DNA of 64,000 nt, taken from an uncultured Clostridia bacterium. Lineage in GTDB: Bacteria > Bacillota > Clostridia > Oscillospirales > Acutalibacteraceae. Shown here piece after piece: positions 1-9,668 of this stretch (within the stretch, counting starts at the first letter, position 1; every line of letters starts with the position of its first letter). Under the pieces are notes generated by a model. That model saw nothing but the letters and a program-made list of their open reading frames with translations, made no database searches and was not told where the DNA came from. Where the stretch lies: contig CANQDR010000009.1 in the NCBI GenBank assembly GCA_947593615.1, forward strand, positions 2,018 through 66,017. Direction: 5' to 3'. Both the position numbers and the translations under genes were made by a program.

Positions 1-238
1 TCTCTTTGTCTATTTCAACCGAAATTGTTCCGTGCTTTATGCCTGCATCAAACGTATTATACTCCGTAAAACAGCTCTTTATCTGCTCCGGTTCGGCATT
101 GGTACATATGTCCCAGTCGTTTGGCGTTATCCCGCGCACAGAATCACGCACACAGCCGCCGACTGCAAATGCCTCAAATTTATTTTTATTTAGTGTTCGT
201 ATAATAGTTTTAACATTATTTGGTAATACTATTTTCAA
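1..238 (-). CDS. tRNA nucleotidyltransferase (CCA-adding) / poly(A) polymerase family protein, N-terminal part. The gene runs off the left edge.
   Basis: Absent from the ORF track because there is no stop in the window. My minus-strand translation from TTG at 238 reads (M)KIVLPNNVKTIIRTLNKNKFEAFAVGGCVRDSVRGITPNDWDICTNAEPEQIK. It carries the GGxVRD and DxD nucleotidyltransferase signature. AGGCGG lies 6 nt upstream of the TTG. Confidence 0.7.
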   Translation of the reverse strand, partial: MKIVLPNNVKTIIRTLNKNKFEAFAVGGCVRDSVRGITPNDWDICTNAEPEQIKSCFTEYNTFDAGIKHGTISVEIDKE

Positions 239-268
239 ATTATACCGCCTGATTTTTTTAATTATCTT

Positions 269-2617
269 TTATCTGCTGACTTCATTTTTATATTTATCTA
301 TGAGTTTTTGTGCTATATTGTACAATACATTGAAAACTACTATCGTTCCTGCCGCAAACAGCATAAGCACAAGCAAGCCCTCAAAGCTTAGAGTTGTTAG
401 CGAGAAAAACTGTCTGAAAAACAAGCTTCCTACTACAACCCCTCCTATGCTCAATATCAGCATTATGCCTCTGAGAAGATTGAGCGGAACGGATAATCTT
501 ATGACAAGCAACAGGCACGACAGCGCGGTCATATAGACTGATATTGTTGAAAATTCGCCAATCGTGAGTGAAAATAAATGACCTGTTAACGCTATGAGAA
601 CAATATTCAATATTACGCATATCGCCGCAGGCATTGCGCGTGCAATAATATTAAATGTAAAATTACCCTTGATTATGTTTTGGTTTGGCTGAAGTGCAAG
701 CGTAAATGACGGCAAGGCTACGGTAAATACTCCGATAAGTGTCAGATGTATCGGCTGAAACGGATATTCCATACTGAAAAATATAAAAAATATCGACAGT
801 ATAATTGAATAAATCGTCTTGACAATATAAAGCGATGAGCTTCGCTCAAGGTTATTTATTGTACGTCTGCCCTCTGCTACCACTTCGGGCATTGATGCAA
901 AATCATTGTTTACAAGAACAAGCTGTGATACATTGCGCGCCGCCTCGCTACCAGACGCCATTGCAACCGAGCAGTCGGCTTCCTTTAGCGCAAGCACGTC
1001 GTTTACTCCGTCGCCTGTCATGGCTACAGAGTGTCCGTGAGCTTTGAGCGCAAGCACAAGCTTTTTCTTCTGTGCGGGTGTAACTCTTCCGAATACATTG
1101 AAATTTTCAGCCGCCTCATACAGTTCTTCGTCAGTGGTTATTGTTGTCATATCTACGGCATTTTCAGCTCCCTCAATGCCTGTGTCTGAAGCAATGTTTT
1201 TCACCGTTTTTACACTGTCGCCTGAGATGACTTTTAATGTAACTCCCTGCTCTTTAAAGTAATTTACCGTTTCGTTCACATTATCACGCAATTGGTCTTT
1301 TATTAAAATAAGCGCCATTGGTGTTAAATCATCAGAAGGGCAAGTACCGTCAATCGGTACTCGGCTTGACGCAAGCGCAAGTATGCGCACGGTCTGAGTA
1401 ACAGAGTTTATTTTTTTAAATACTTCACTGTACTTTTGCTTATCTTTAAATATAAATTCAGCCGCGCCTATTACATATGACATTCCGTTTTCAAAATTGC
1501 CGCCCGACCACTTTGTTTCGGAAGAGAACGGAATGAATTTACTGCATTTTAAAGGAGTACAGTCCTTTATGTAATCCTTTATTGCATACAGCGTGGCATT
1601 GATTTCATCTGATGACGCTACTATTGACGAAAGCGCAGTTTTGATCTTATCTTCGCTGCTTCCAAGATTAATTACATCAACTACGTTCATTTTGTCCGCT
1701 GTCAGAGTTCCCGTTTTGTCAAGACATAGAACATCTACCCTTGCAAGGGTTTCTATGCAGTACATCTCCTGAACAAGTACCTTTTTTGATGATAATCTCA
1801 CTATCGACACTGCAAGAACAGAGCTTGTAAGTAATATCATTCCTTTGGGTATCATTCCTGCGAGTGCCGCTACCGTACTGACTACAGTTCCCTGAATATT
1901 TCCGTCCTGTATCCCGAACTGGCGTATAAAGAAAAATACTCCGACAGGAAAAAGTATAAATGTGCAAAGCTTTATTATGAAATTAAAAGAATTTAAAATC
2001 TGCGAATTGACCTTTTTTATATACTTCGCTTCATTGTTAATCTTTGCCGCATAGCAGTCCGCGCCGACCTTTGTAACTCTTGCACAGCACTTTCCCGCCG
2101 CGAGAAAACTGCCTGAAAGCAATTCGTCTTTATTCTTTTTTGTAATTAAATTTGACTCTCCCGTTAGCAGACTTTCGTTTACTTTACATTCTCCGTCACA
2201 TACAACGCAGTCGGCAGGGATCTGGCTTCCCCTTGACAAAACCAGAATATCATCAAGAACTATTTCTTCCTTGCTGATCTCCTTAATTTTTCCGTCACGA
2301 AGAACGCTTATTTTTTTTTCGGATAAAATTGTAAGCTTATCAACGCTTATTTTTGAGCGTATCTCCTGAAATATACCTATTACAACATTGGCAACTACGA
2401 CTCCTATAAAAAGCATATTCTTGTATGAGCCAACCAAAATCAACGCCGCAAGAAGTATTATATTTATTAAATTGAAAAGCGTAAAAATATTATCGTAAAA
2501 AATTTGTTTAATTGATTTTGTTTTTAAATTTGATGAAAAATTTACCTTTCCTTCACTAATTCGCTTTGATACCTCATTTTGCGTTAAACCGGAAAGTTTT
2601 GTTTTTATTTCAGACAT
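269..2617 (-). CDS. Cation-transporting P-type ATPase (type II, Ca2+/Mg2+-like, no N-terminal heavy-metal domain)
   Basis: 782 aa. Motifs seen: LTGES, the phosphorylation motif DKTGTLT, the hinge motif TGDGVNDVLALKEAD, and multiple TM helices at both ends. Confidence 0.9.
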   Translation of the reverse strand: MSEIKTKLSGLTQNEVSKRISEGKVNFSSNLKTKSIKQIFYDNIFTLFNLINIILLAALILVGSYKNMLFIGVVVANVVIGIFQEIRSKISVDKLTILSEKKISVLRDGKIKEISKEEIVLDDILVLSRGSQIPADCVVCDGECKVNESLLTGESNLITKKNKDELLSGSFLAAGKCCARVTKVGADCYAAKINNEAKYIKKVNSQILNSFNFIIKLCTFILFPVGVFFFIRQFGIQDGNIQGTVVSTVAALAGMIPKGMILLTSSVLAVSIVRLSSKKVLVQEMYCIETLARVDVLCLDKTGTLTADKMNVVDVINLGSSEDKIKTALSSIVASSDEINATLYAIKDYIKDCTPLKCSKFIPFSSETKWSGGNFENGMSYVIGAAEFIFKDKQKYSEVFKKINSVTQTVRILALASSRVPIDGTCPSDDLTPMALILIKDQLRDNVNETVNYFKEQGVTLKVISGDSVKTVKNIASDTGIEGAENAVDMTTITTDEELYEAAENFNVFGRVTPAQKKKLVLALKAHGHSVAMTGDGVNDVLALKEADCSVAMASGSEAARNVSQLVLVNNDFASMPEVVAEGRRTINNLERSSSLYIVKTIYSIILSIFFIFFSMEYPFQPIHLTLIGVFTVALPSFTLALQPNQNIIKGNFTFNIIARAMPAAICVILNIVLIALTGHLFSLTIGEFSTISVYMTALSCLLLVIRLSVPLNLLRGIMLILSIGGVVVGSLFFRQFFSLTTLSFEGLLVLMLFAAGTIVVFNVLYNIAQKLIDKYKNEVSR

Positions 2618-2792
2618 ATAAACCTCAAAAATGAAAATGATTTAATTTATAGAAAATTTTTTGAAAAAAGAACGAATAAATCTTAATTTTTATATTTTTA
2701 AATTCCAACTTATTTTTTAATAATTGAGAATCCCTTTTATCTCATATTATAAATGCAAACTATAATAAAGGCAACGGAAAGAAGGTGATTTT

Positions 2793-3809
2793 TTGAAAAA
2801 TTTTAAAAAAATACTCTCAGTTGCCTTGTCGGGAGTGATGCTTTTGAGTTTTTCGTCAATTGCTGTAAACTCAAAAGAAACTTCTGATCTCGTTTATCTC
2901 GGCGGTCAGTCGTTTGGTGTGAAATTTTATAATAACGGCGTAATTATAACAAAGCTTGAAAGTTATTACGACGGCAGCAAATATATCTGCCCTGCAAAAG
3001 ACGGCGGTTTAAAAGAAAATGATATTATAAAAGAAGCCGACGGCATTGTTATAGCCACCAACGAAGATTTGCAAACTATTACTAAAAGATCAAACGGTAA
3101 AACAATTAAGTTTAAAATTGAGAGAAACGGAAAAGAAATTGAAAAAAATGTTACTCCCTATAAAAATACGGTTGGCGTTTATCTTATGGGTGCTTGGGTT
3201 CGTGACAGTTGTGCAGGCATAGGTACAGTCACTTACTATGATGATGACAATAATTATTTTGCTGCACTCGGACACGGAATATGCGATGTTGATACGTCTG
3301 CGCTTCTTCCGCTCGGTTACGGAGAGGTTATGCACGCAAATATCAGCGGTATAACTAAAAGCACGGCAGGTAAAGCAGGAAGTCTGAACGGATACTTTAC
3401 CGACACCAGTATAGGTGATCTGACAAAAAATACCGAAACCGGAATTTTCGGAACAACAAACGATAATTTTTACAAAAGCAATAAAAAAATTGAAATTGCC
3501 GAGTATAACGAAATAAAAACAGGAAAAGCACAGCTTTATACAACGATCAAAGATGATAAAACAGAAAGTTATGACATTGAAATTACTAAAATATGCAACT
3601 TCTCTAAAAAATCAAATGAAAATTTTATTATAAAAATTACTAATAATGAACTTCTTGATGAATGTGGAGGAATTGTTCAGGGGATGAGCGGAAGCCCAAT
3701 AGTACAGAACGGTAAGCTTGTGGGTGCGGTTACCCATGTATTTATAAATAAGCCTAATGAGGGTTACGGTGTAATGGCGCAAAATATGATGGAGAATTAT
3801 AGGGAATAA
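2793..3809 (+). CDS. spoIVB: Stage IV sporulation signalling serine peptidase SpoIVB (S55)
   Basis: 338 aa. It has an N-terminal TM/signal segment, a PDZ-like segment (GGLKENDIIKEADG), a catalytic His context (ALGHGI) and a Ser motif (GIVQGMSGSPIV). It sits immediately upstream of spo0A, the classical synteny. Confidence 0.9.
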   Translation: MKNFKKILSVALSGVMLLSFSSIAVNSKETSDLVYLGGQSFGVKFYNNGVIITKLESYYDGSKYICPAKDGGLKENDIIKEADGIVIATNEDLQTITKRSNGKTIKFKIERNGKEIEKNVTPYKNTVGVYLMGAWVRDSCAGIGTVTYYDDDNNYFAALGHGICDVDTSALLPLGYGEVMHANISGITKSTAGKAGSLNGYFTDTSIGDLTKNTETGIFGTTNDNFYKSNKKIEIAEYNEIKTGKAQLYTTIKDDKTESYDIEITKICNFSKKSNENFIIKITNNELLDECGGIVQGMSGSPIVQNGKLVGAVTHVFINKPNEGYGVMAQNMMENYRE

Positions 3810-3833
3810 TTTAAAATATTGTAATATTATAAT

Positions 3834-3840
3834 TGTCGAA
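3834..3840 (+). promoter_or_regulatory. Spo0A-binding 0A box (TGTCGAA) upstream of spo0A
   Basis: Exact match to the TGNCGAA consensus, about 55 bp upstream of the candidate spo0A promoter. Confidence 0.45.
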
Positions 3841-3894
3841 AAATAATGTTAAAAATATTTTTTACCTTTTTATAAAAAAATTTATTGGAAACTA

Positions 3895-3923
3895 TTGCCA
3901 AGTTTACCATTTTATGGTAATAT
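3895..3923 (+). promoter_or_regulatory. SigA-type promoter for spo0A
   Basis: TTGCCA (3895-3900), a 17-nt spacer ending in TGg, then TAATAT (3918-3923). It lies about 35 nt upstream of the GGAGG SD and the ATG at 3960. Confidence 0.5.
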
Positions 3924-3959
3924 TAGTTTAAAGATTAAACTAAATGGAGGTTTCCAATT

Positions 3960-4730
3960 ATGGAAGATATCACTAAAATCATTATCACTGAAGATGCAGT
4001 AGAATTTTCTCAAGAAAACATGAAAATATTACAAAGCTTTAATATTTCACCTGCCTTTTGCTCAAAAGACGGAGAAGAGCTTTGTGATCGCATAAGACAT
4101 GAACAACCAGACATTGTTTTTATGGACTCTTTTATGACAAGGCTTGACGCAATAGGAGTTATGCGCAACATTAAAAGACAAAATATCAAATCACCGCTGT
4201 TTATTGTCTTCTCGTCTTTTCACAGTCCTGTTCTTGAAAGAGAGATTATGAATTCAGGCGCGTCTTATTTTGTGCTTAAACCTTATAATGTTACCGAATT
4301 GTGTGAAAACATTGTTGGAATGCTTAAGAAAAACAAGGATAACGCATTAAATAATCCGATTATGTTTGATACATTCGGCATTGAGCTTAAAGTTACTGAA
4401 ATTTTGCACGAAATAGGTGTTCCTGCTCATATTAAGGGTTATCATTATCTGAGAGATTCTATTATTATGTCAGTTGAAAAACCTGAGATAATTAATGCCG
4501 TAACAAAACAGCTTTATCCTTCTGTAGCAAAAAAATACGAAACTACCTCATCCAGGGTAGAACGTGCCATTCGCCACGCAATTGAAGTTGCATGGGACAG
4601 AGGCGACGTTGATGTGCTGAACTCTTATTTCGGATATACTATCCACACTGACAGAGGAAAACCAACTAACAGCGAATTTATCGCTATGATTTCCGACAGA
4701 CTGAGACTTCAAATCAAAAACGCCAGCTAA
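3960..4730 (+). CDS. spo0A: Sporulation master response regulator Spo0A
   Basis: 256 aa. The receiver domain has ED, D (FMDSF), S and K (LKP) in the expected positions. The C-terminal Spo0A-specific signature [15 protein letters not shown] is present. Confidence 0.95.
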   Translation: MEDITKIIITEDAVEFSQENMKILQSFNISPAFCSKDGEELCDRIRHEQPDIVFMDSFMTRLDAIGVMRNIKRQNIKSPLFIVFSSFHSPVLEREIMNSGASYFVLKPYNVTELCENIVGMLKKNKDNALNNPIMFDTFGIELKVTEILHEIGVPAHIKGYHYLRDSIIMSVEKPEIINAVTKQLYPSVAKKYETTSSRVERAIRHAIEVAWDRGDVDVLNSYFGYTIHTDRGKPTNSEFIAMISDRLRLQIKNAS

Positions 4731-4735
4731 ATTAC

Positions 4736-4773
4736 ACGCCGCATTTCATAATGAAGTGCGGCGTAAATTTTTT
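4736..4773. terminator. Bidirectional intrinsic terminator between spo0A and purD
   Basis: ACGCCGCA / TGCGGCGT forms an 8-bp stem followed by AAATTTTTT. Both flanking genes converge on it. Confidence 0.75.
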
Positions 4774-4776
4774 ACA

Positions 4777-6042
4777 TTATTTTGTTTTACCTATATCGTG
4801 CCTGTAATGAGCACCGTCAAATTTAATCTTATCGACAGCATCATATGCCTTGCTTAATGCTTCTTCAAGCGTATCAGCAGTTGCTGTAACGCCGAGTACG
4901 CGTCCGCCGTTTGTATAGAACTTTCCATTTTCATACTTCGTTCCTGCATGATATACAATTGCGCCGTCAACCTGACCGCTTTCATCAAGGCCGAACATCT
5001 CTATTCCCTTTTTATATGACACGGGATAACCTCCGCTTGCCATTACCACGCAGGCAGCCGCACCGTCATACCACTGAATATCAACTTCCGACAGTCTTTC
5101 GTCAATAACGGCTTCACATATATCAACCAAATCGGTTTTGAGTCTTGGAAGCACAACCTGAGCTTCGGGATCGCCGAAACGTGCATTGTATTCAATTACC
5201 TTAGGGCCGTTTGGTGTAATCATAAGACCAAAGTAAAGACATCCCTTAAATGGTCTTCCCTCTTTGTTCATAGCCTCAATTGTAGGCTCGAAAATTGTCT
5301 GCATACAGGTTTGGGCAATCTCATCCGTATAATACGGATTAGGGCTGACTGTACCCATTCCGCCTGTATTAAGACCCTCATCATTGTCAAACGCGCGCTT
5401 ATGATCTTTTGAACTTACCATAGGCTTAACGCATTTGCCGTCTGTGAAAGCGAGTACAGAAACCTCAGGGCCTGTCAAAAATTCTTCGATAACTATGTTG
5501 TTTCCCGAATCTCCAAATTTCTTATCCTCCATAATTGACTTTATGGCGATTACAGCTTCGTCAATTGTCTGAGCAATTATAACGCCCTTGCCAAGCGCAA
5601 GACCGTCTGCCTTGATCACAACAGGAGTAGTATTTTCATTCTTTACATACTCTATAGCTTTCTGAGCGTCATCAAACACTTCATACTTTGCTGTAGGAAT
5701 GTTATATTTTTTCATAAGATTTTTTGAGAAAACCTTAGATGCTTCAATTATGGCGGCATTTGCATTTGGACCGAAAGCTCTTATGCCTTCAGCCTGCATA
5801 GCGTCAACCATACCGTCTGCAAGCGGGTCATCCGGCGCTACAAAAACAAGGTCAATTGAGTTTTCCTTTGCAAACTTCACCATATTTTCTTTGTCCATTA
5901 CGCCTATGTTCACTACTTCGGCATCTCTGGAAATGCCTCCGTTGCCCGGTGCACAATAAAGCTTGGTGCATTTTGGACTTTCAAGAAGCTTTTTAATAAG
6001 AGCGTGCTCACGGCCGCCCGAACCAATCATCAGAATTTTCAT
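4777..6042 (-). CDS. purD: Phosphoribosylamine-glycine ligase
   Basis: 421 aa. It begins MKILMIGSGGREHAL, has an ATP-grasp core, and contains EYNARFGDPE. Confidence 0.95.
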   Translation of the reverse strand: MKILMIGSGGREHALIKKLLESPKCTKLYCAPGNGGISRDAEVVNIGVMDKENMVKFAKENSIDLVFVAPDDPLADGMVDAMQAEGIRAFGPNANAAIIEASKVFSKNLMKKYNIPTAKYEVFDDAQKAIEYVKNENTTPVVIKADGLALGKGVIIAQTIDEAVIAIKSIMEDKKFGDSGNNIVIEEFLTGPEVSVLAFTDGKCVKPMVSSKDHKRAFDNDEGLNTGGMGTVSPNPYYTDEIAQTCMQTIFEPTIEAMNKEGRPFKGCLYFGLMITPNGPKVIEYNARFGDPEAQVVLPRLKTDLVDICEAVIDERLSEVDIQWYDGAAACVVMASGGYPVSYKKGIEMFGLDESGQVDGAIVYHAGTKYENGKFYTNGGRVLGVTATADTLEEALSKAYDAVDKIKFDGAHYRHDIGKTK

Positions 6043-6056
6043 AAAATCACCTCAAA

Positions 6057-7235
6057 TTAGTGGTGGAATAATCTGATACCGGTAAATGACATAGTCATAT
6101 TGTATTTATTGCAGGTATCAATTACATTATCATCGCGGATCGAACCGCCGGGCTGTGCAACATACTGTACTCCTGAACGCTTTGCTCTTTCAATATTGTC
6201 GCCAAACGGGAAGAAAGCGTCAGAACCGAGAGAAACACCCGTAAATGTTGAAAGCCATTCTTTCTTTTCTTCTCTTGTAAGAGGCTCAGGCTTTGTTTTG
6301 AAGAACTGCTGCCATACGCCGTCAGCAAGAACATCTTCATAGTCATCTGAAATATAAACATCAATTGTGTTATCTCTGTCAGGACGTCTTATATCATCAA
6401 CAAATGGTAAATTCATTACCTTCGGATGCTGCCTTAAATACCATATGTCAGCCTTGTTTCCTGCAAGACGCGTGCAGTGAATTCTTGACTGCTGACCTGC
6501 GCCTACGCCAATAGCCTGTCCGCCCTTTGCATAGCAAACAGAATTGGACTGGGTGTATTTAAGTGTTATGAGCGCAATGAGCAAATCACGTTTTGCTTCA
6601 TCTGTAAGCTCTTTATTCTCTGTTACGATATTCTGCATAAGCATATCTTCATCAATTTTAAGCTCATTTCTGCCCTGCTCAAATGTAATTCCAAATACAT
6701 CTTTATGCTCAATCGGTGCGGGAACATAATCGGGATCAATTTTCACAATATTATATGTTCCCTTTCTTTTTGTTTTGAGGACTTCAAGAGCTTCAGGAGT
6801 GTAATCGGGAGCGATAATTCCGTCCGAAACCTCTCTTTTTAAAAGAATTGCTGTCTGCACGTCGCAGGTATCTGAAAGAGCTACCCAGTCGCCGTAAGAT
6901 GACATTCTGTCAGCGCCCCTCGCCATTGCATATGCTGACGCAATAGGAGAAAGCTCTAAATCGTCAACAAAATATATCTTTTTAAGTGTGTCTGACAGCT
7001 CGGTTGCTACAGCAGCACCGGCAGGACTTACGTGCTTGAAAGAAGCTGCGGCAGGAAGTCCTGTAGCGGCTTTAAGCTCCCTTACAAGCTGCCAGGAGTT
7101 GAAAGCGTCAAGAAAGTTAATATAACCTGGCTTTCCGTTAAGAACCTTTACCGGAAGCTCTCTGCCATCCTGCATAAAAATCCTTGAGGGCTTCTGATTT
7201 GGATTACAGCCGTATTTTAAGGCAAGTTCATTCAT
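6057..7235 (-). CDS. purH: AICAR formyltransferase (PurH formyltransferase half only, no IMP cyclohydrolase/MGS domain)
   Basis: 392 aa. It starts directly with LKYGCNPNQ, which is typical of the AICARFT domain, and ends GIRLFHH. Confidence 0.85.
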   Translation of the reverse strand: MNELALKYGCNPNQKPSRIFMQDGRELPVKVLNGKPGYINFLDAFNSWQLVRELKAATGLPAAASFKHVSPAGAAVATELSDTLKKIYFVDDLELSPIASAYAMARGADRMSSYGDWVALSDTCDVQTAILLKREVSDGIIAPDYTPEALEVLKTKRKGTYNIVKIDPDYVPAPIEHKDVFGITFEQGRNELKIDEDMLMQNIVTENKELTDEAKRDLLIALITLKYTQSNSVCYAKGGQAIGVGAGQQSRIHCTRLAGNKADIWYLRQHPKVMNLPFVDDIRRPDRDNTIDVYISDDYEDVLADGVWQQFFKTKPEPLTREEKKEWLSTFTGVSLGSDAFFPFGDNIERAKRSGVQYVAQPGGSIRDDNVIDTCNKYNMTMSFTGIRLFHH

Positions 7236-7259
7236 TGGAATATCGTCCTTTCGTACAAA

Positions 7260-7976
7260 TTACTTGTTTTTATTTATAATTCTTGAGTCTGATTTATTAG
7301 TTGCAATGTCTATATAACGGACAAAAAGCGAAACCTTATTCTCTTCATTGAGTGAATTCCAGATTTTTTCGGCAAATGTATCAATATCATCATTTCCGAT
7401 TTCAACCAAAGTCGGCTCGCCCTCAAAGCTTGGAAGAGGACTGCCGTCACCCATATAGGTGTGGATAAATCTGCCGAGTCCCGAAAGCGGAGAATCATAT
7501 GTAAATGTATATCTTTCGCAGCAGTCAGGGCTTCCGTCGGCACTTTTGATAATTGACATTGCATAGTTCATCTTTCCGTCGCTGCATTTAACTATACCTG
7601 AAATTCTTGGAGTATAGTTTGGAGCGTCGGGTTCAAATTCACGTGTGCGCAGCGACTGCTCAAATGTCATCTGCTGATTCATAAGCTCATAGATTGTATC
7701 GGTCTGGTCGCCGTTTGTAACAATCGTTTTGTTGCCGAGAGTACGAACAGGCGCATAAATGATGAGCGACGGGTCAACAAGCTTTGACGGGTCAAATGCC
7801 TGAGTTTTAATACCGTCGTCAGTTTCAACAAAAACTCTGTTTCTGCTGTTTTCGCTTCTTCCCATAATAAAGTATGCAATAACAGCTTTTGTTCCGTCGG
7901 CACTTTTGCCGATTACAATACCTCTTCCTGGATAAGTGGTTGAAGCAATGTCTTTTTCAAGAGAAATAGGTTTCAT
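7260..7976 (-). CDS. IMP cyclohydrolase, PurO-like (archaeal-type)
   Basis: 238 aa. The N-terminus TYPGRGIVIGKS, the protein size, and the position directly upstream of the truncated purH fit the PurO-type IMP cyclohydrolase family as I recall it. Confidence 0.65.
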   Translation of the reverse strand: MKPISLEKDIASTTYPGRGIVIGKSADGTKAVIAYFIMGRSENSRNRVFVETDDGIKTQAFDPSKLVDPSLIIYAPVRTLGNKTIVTNGDQTDTIYELMNQQMTFEQSLRTREFEPDAPNYTPRISGIVKCSDGKMNYAMSIIKSADGSPDCCERYTFTYDSPLSGLGRFIHTYMGDGSPLPSFEGEPTLVEIGNDDIDTFAEKIWNSLNEENKVSLFVRYIDIATNKSDSRIINKNK

Positions 7977-7989
7977 ATTTTACCTCCGT

Positions 7990-8616
7990 TTAATCAATAA
8001 TTTCGGTTTTATTGTCTTTTACAATTATTCTATCTTCGCAAAACAGCGACACAGCCTTTGGAAGTATTTTCCATTCCGCCTGTTCCATTACTCTTTTTTG
8101 CAGAATTTCGGGAGTATCTCCGTTTTGTATTTCAACAGCTTTCTGAATTATTATAGGGCCTCCGTCACATATTTCATTTACAAAATGTGCTGTAGCACCC
8201 GTTACCTTTACGCCTTTTTTAAGAGCTTCTTCGTGTACCTTCAAACCGTAAAAGCCCTCGCCGCAAAACGACGGTATCAACGAAGGATGAATATTGATTA
8301 TTCTGTTTTCAAAGGCATTGATAACAACCTTTCCGAGAATTGTCATAAAGCCTGCAAGAACGACTACATCAATATTTTTGCTTTTTAAAAGCTCGGTAAG
8401 CGCATTGTCATAGTCGATAAACTCAGAATAATCTTTGCGCCTTATTATTTCAGTAGGAATGTTATTGTTTTCGGCACGCGTCAGAGCATAGGCTTTGGGA
8501 TTTGATGAAATTACACAGGTGATTTTTCCGTTTTTTATCTCTCCCCTGTTTTGAGCATCAATAAGCGCCTGAAGATTTGTTCCTCCGCCCGACACGAGAA
8601 CTGCAATATTTTTCAT
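7990..8616 (-). CDS. purN: Phosphoribosylglycinamide formyltransferase
   Basis: 208 aa. Motifs seen: IAVLVSGGGTNLQALID, and the INIHPSLIP motif. Confidence 0.93.
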   Translation of the reverse strand: MKNIAVLVSGGGTNLQALIDAQNRGEIKNGKITCVISSNPKAYALTRAENNNIPTEIIRRKDYSEFIDYDNALTELLKSKNIDVVVLAGFMTILGKVVINAFENRIINIHPSLIPSFCGEGFYGLKVHEEALKKGVKVTGATAHFVNEICDGGPIIIQKAVEIQNGDTPEILQKRVMEQAEWKILPKAVSLFCEDRIIVKDNKTEIID

Positions 8617-9659
8617 TATTCAAATACCACTCCGTCTTCGCCTTCAACAACTTCACCGAGAATTATAGCATCCTCTCCGTTTGCTTTGAGAACTTCAATT
8701 GCTTTATCCGCATCTTCCTTTGCAACAGCGGCAATCATTCCTATTCCCATATTAAAAGTATTGAACATATCGTGCTCAGGAATATTGCCTACTCTCTGCA
8801 TAAGCTTGAAAATCGGAAGAACCGGAACCGCTTCTTTATTGATTTTTGCAGTAAGACCTCTTTTAAGCATACGCGGAATGTTTTCATAGAAGCCGCCTCC
8901 CGTAATGTGAGAAACAGCCTTCACCTCAACCTCTTTCATAAGAGCAAGAATCGGTTTTACATATATTTTTGTGGGAGTGAGCAATGTTTCTCCAAGCGTC
9001 CTGTCAAGTTCGGGATATTCGGAATTAATTGTATTTTCGTCAATTCCGAATATTTTTCTAACAAGAGAAAATCCGTTGGAGTGTACGCCCGAAGAGCGAA
9101 GTCCGACAAGCACATCTCCGATTTTGAGCTTTGAACCGTCAATCATCTTAGGTTTGTCAGCCATACCTACGCAGAAACCTGCAACATCATATTCGTCAAC
9201 AGGATAAAAACCGGGCATTTCAGCAGTTTCTCCACCGACAAGAGCGCATCCAGACTGGACACAGCCCTCAGCAATGCCTGACACTATTTCGGCAACCTTT
9301 TCGGGAACATTCTTTCCTACAGCTATGTAGTCAAGGAAAAATAACGGCTGAGCACCGCAGCATACAACGTCGTTTACGCACATTGCAACAGCGTCTATAC
9401 CGATTGTGTCGTGCTTATCAAGCAGAAAGGCGAGTTTGAGCTTTGTTCCGACACCGTCTGTACCGCTTACCAGAATCGGCTCTTCCATACCCTTTATATT
9501 GGGTGCGAAAAGACCTCCAAAGCCTCCGATTCCTGAAACAACGCCGTCAATCTTTGTACGCGCAACGTGTTTTTTCATTAGTTCAACAGCCTTGTAGCCT
9601 GCTGTAACATCAACTCCTGCCGCCTTGTAACTTTCTGAAAAGCTGTTCATTGTAATCAC
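8616..9659 (-). CDS. purM: Phosphoribosylformylglycinamidine cyclo-ligase (AIR synthetase)
   Basis: 347 aa. Motifs seen: [23 protein letters not shown]. Confidence 0.95.
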   Translation of the reverse strand: MITMNSFSESYKAAGVDVTAGYKAVELMKKHVARTKIDGVVSGIGGFGGLFAPNIKGMEEPILVSGTDGVGTKLKLAFLLDKHDTIGIDAVAMCVNDVVCCGAQPLFFLDYIAVGKNVPEKVAEIVSGIAEGCVQSGCALVGGETAEMPGFYPVDEYDVAGFCVGMADKPKMIDGSKLKIGDVLVGLRSSGVHSNGFSLVRKIFGIDENTINSEYPELDRTLGETLLTPTKIYVKPILALMKEVEVKAVSHITGGGFYENIPRMLKRGLTAKINKEAVPVLPIFKLMQRVGNIPEHDMFNTFNMGIGMIAAVAKEDADKAIEVLKANGEDAIILGEVVEGEDGVVFE

Positions 9660-9668
9660 TCCGTTATG

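Noticed and set aside
6-536. 176-aa plus-strand ORF at the left edge
   Set aside because: It is antisense to the CCA-enzyme gene and to the 3' end of the P-type ATPase gene. It has low-complexity hydrophobic content and no SD. The opposite strand carries clear enzyme motifs.
2618-2792. SigF/SigG-type forespore promoter upstream of spoIVB
   Set aside because: A CATATTA -10-like element exists, but the nearest GNATR-like -35 (GAATC) has only about 10 nt between the elements instead of 17-18. I cannot support a call.
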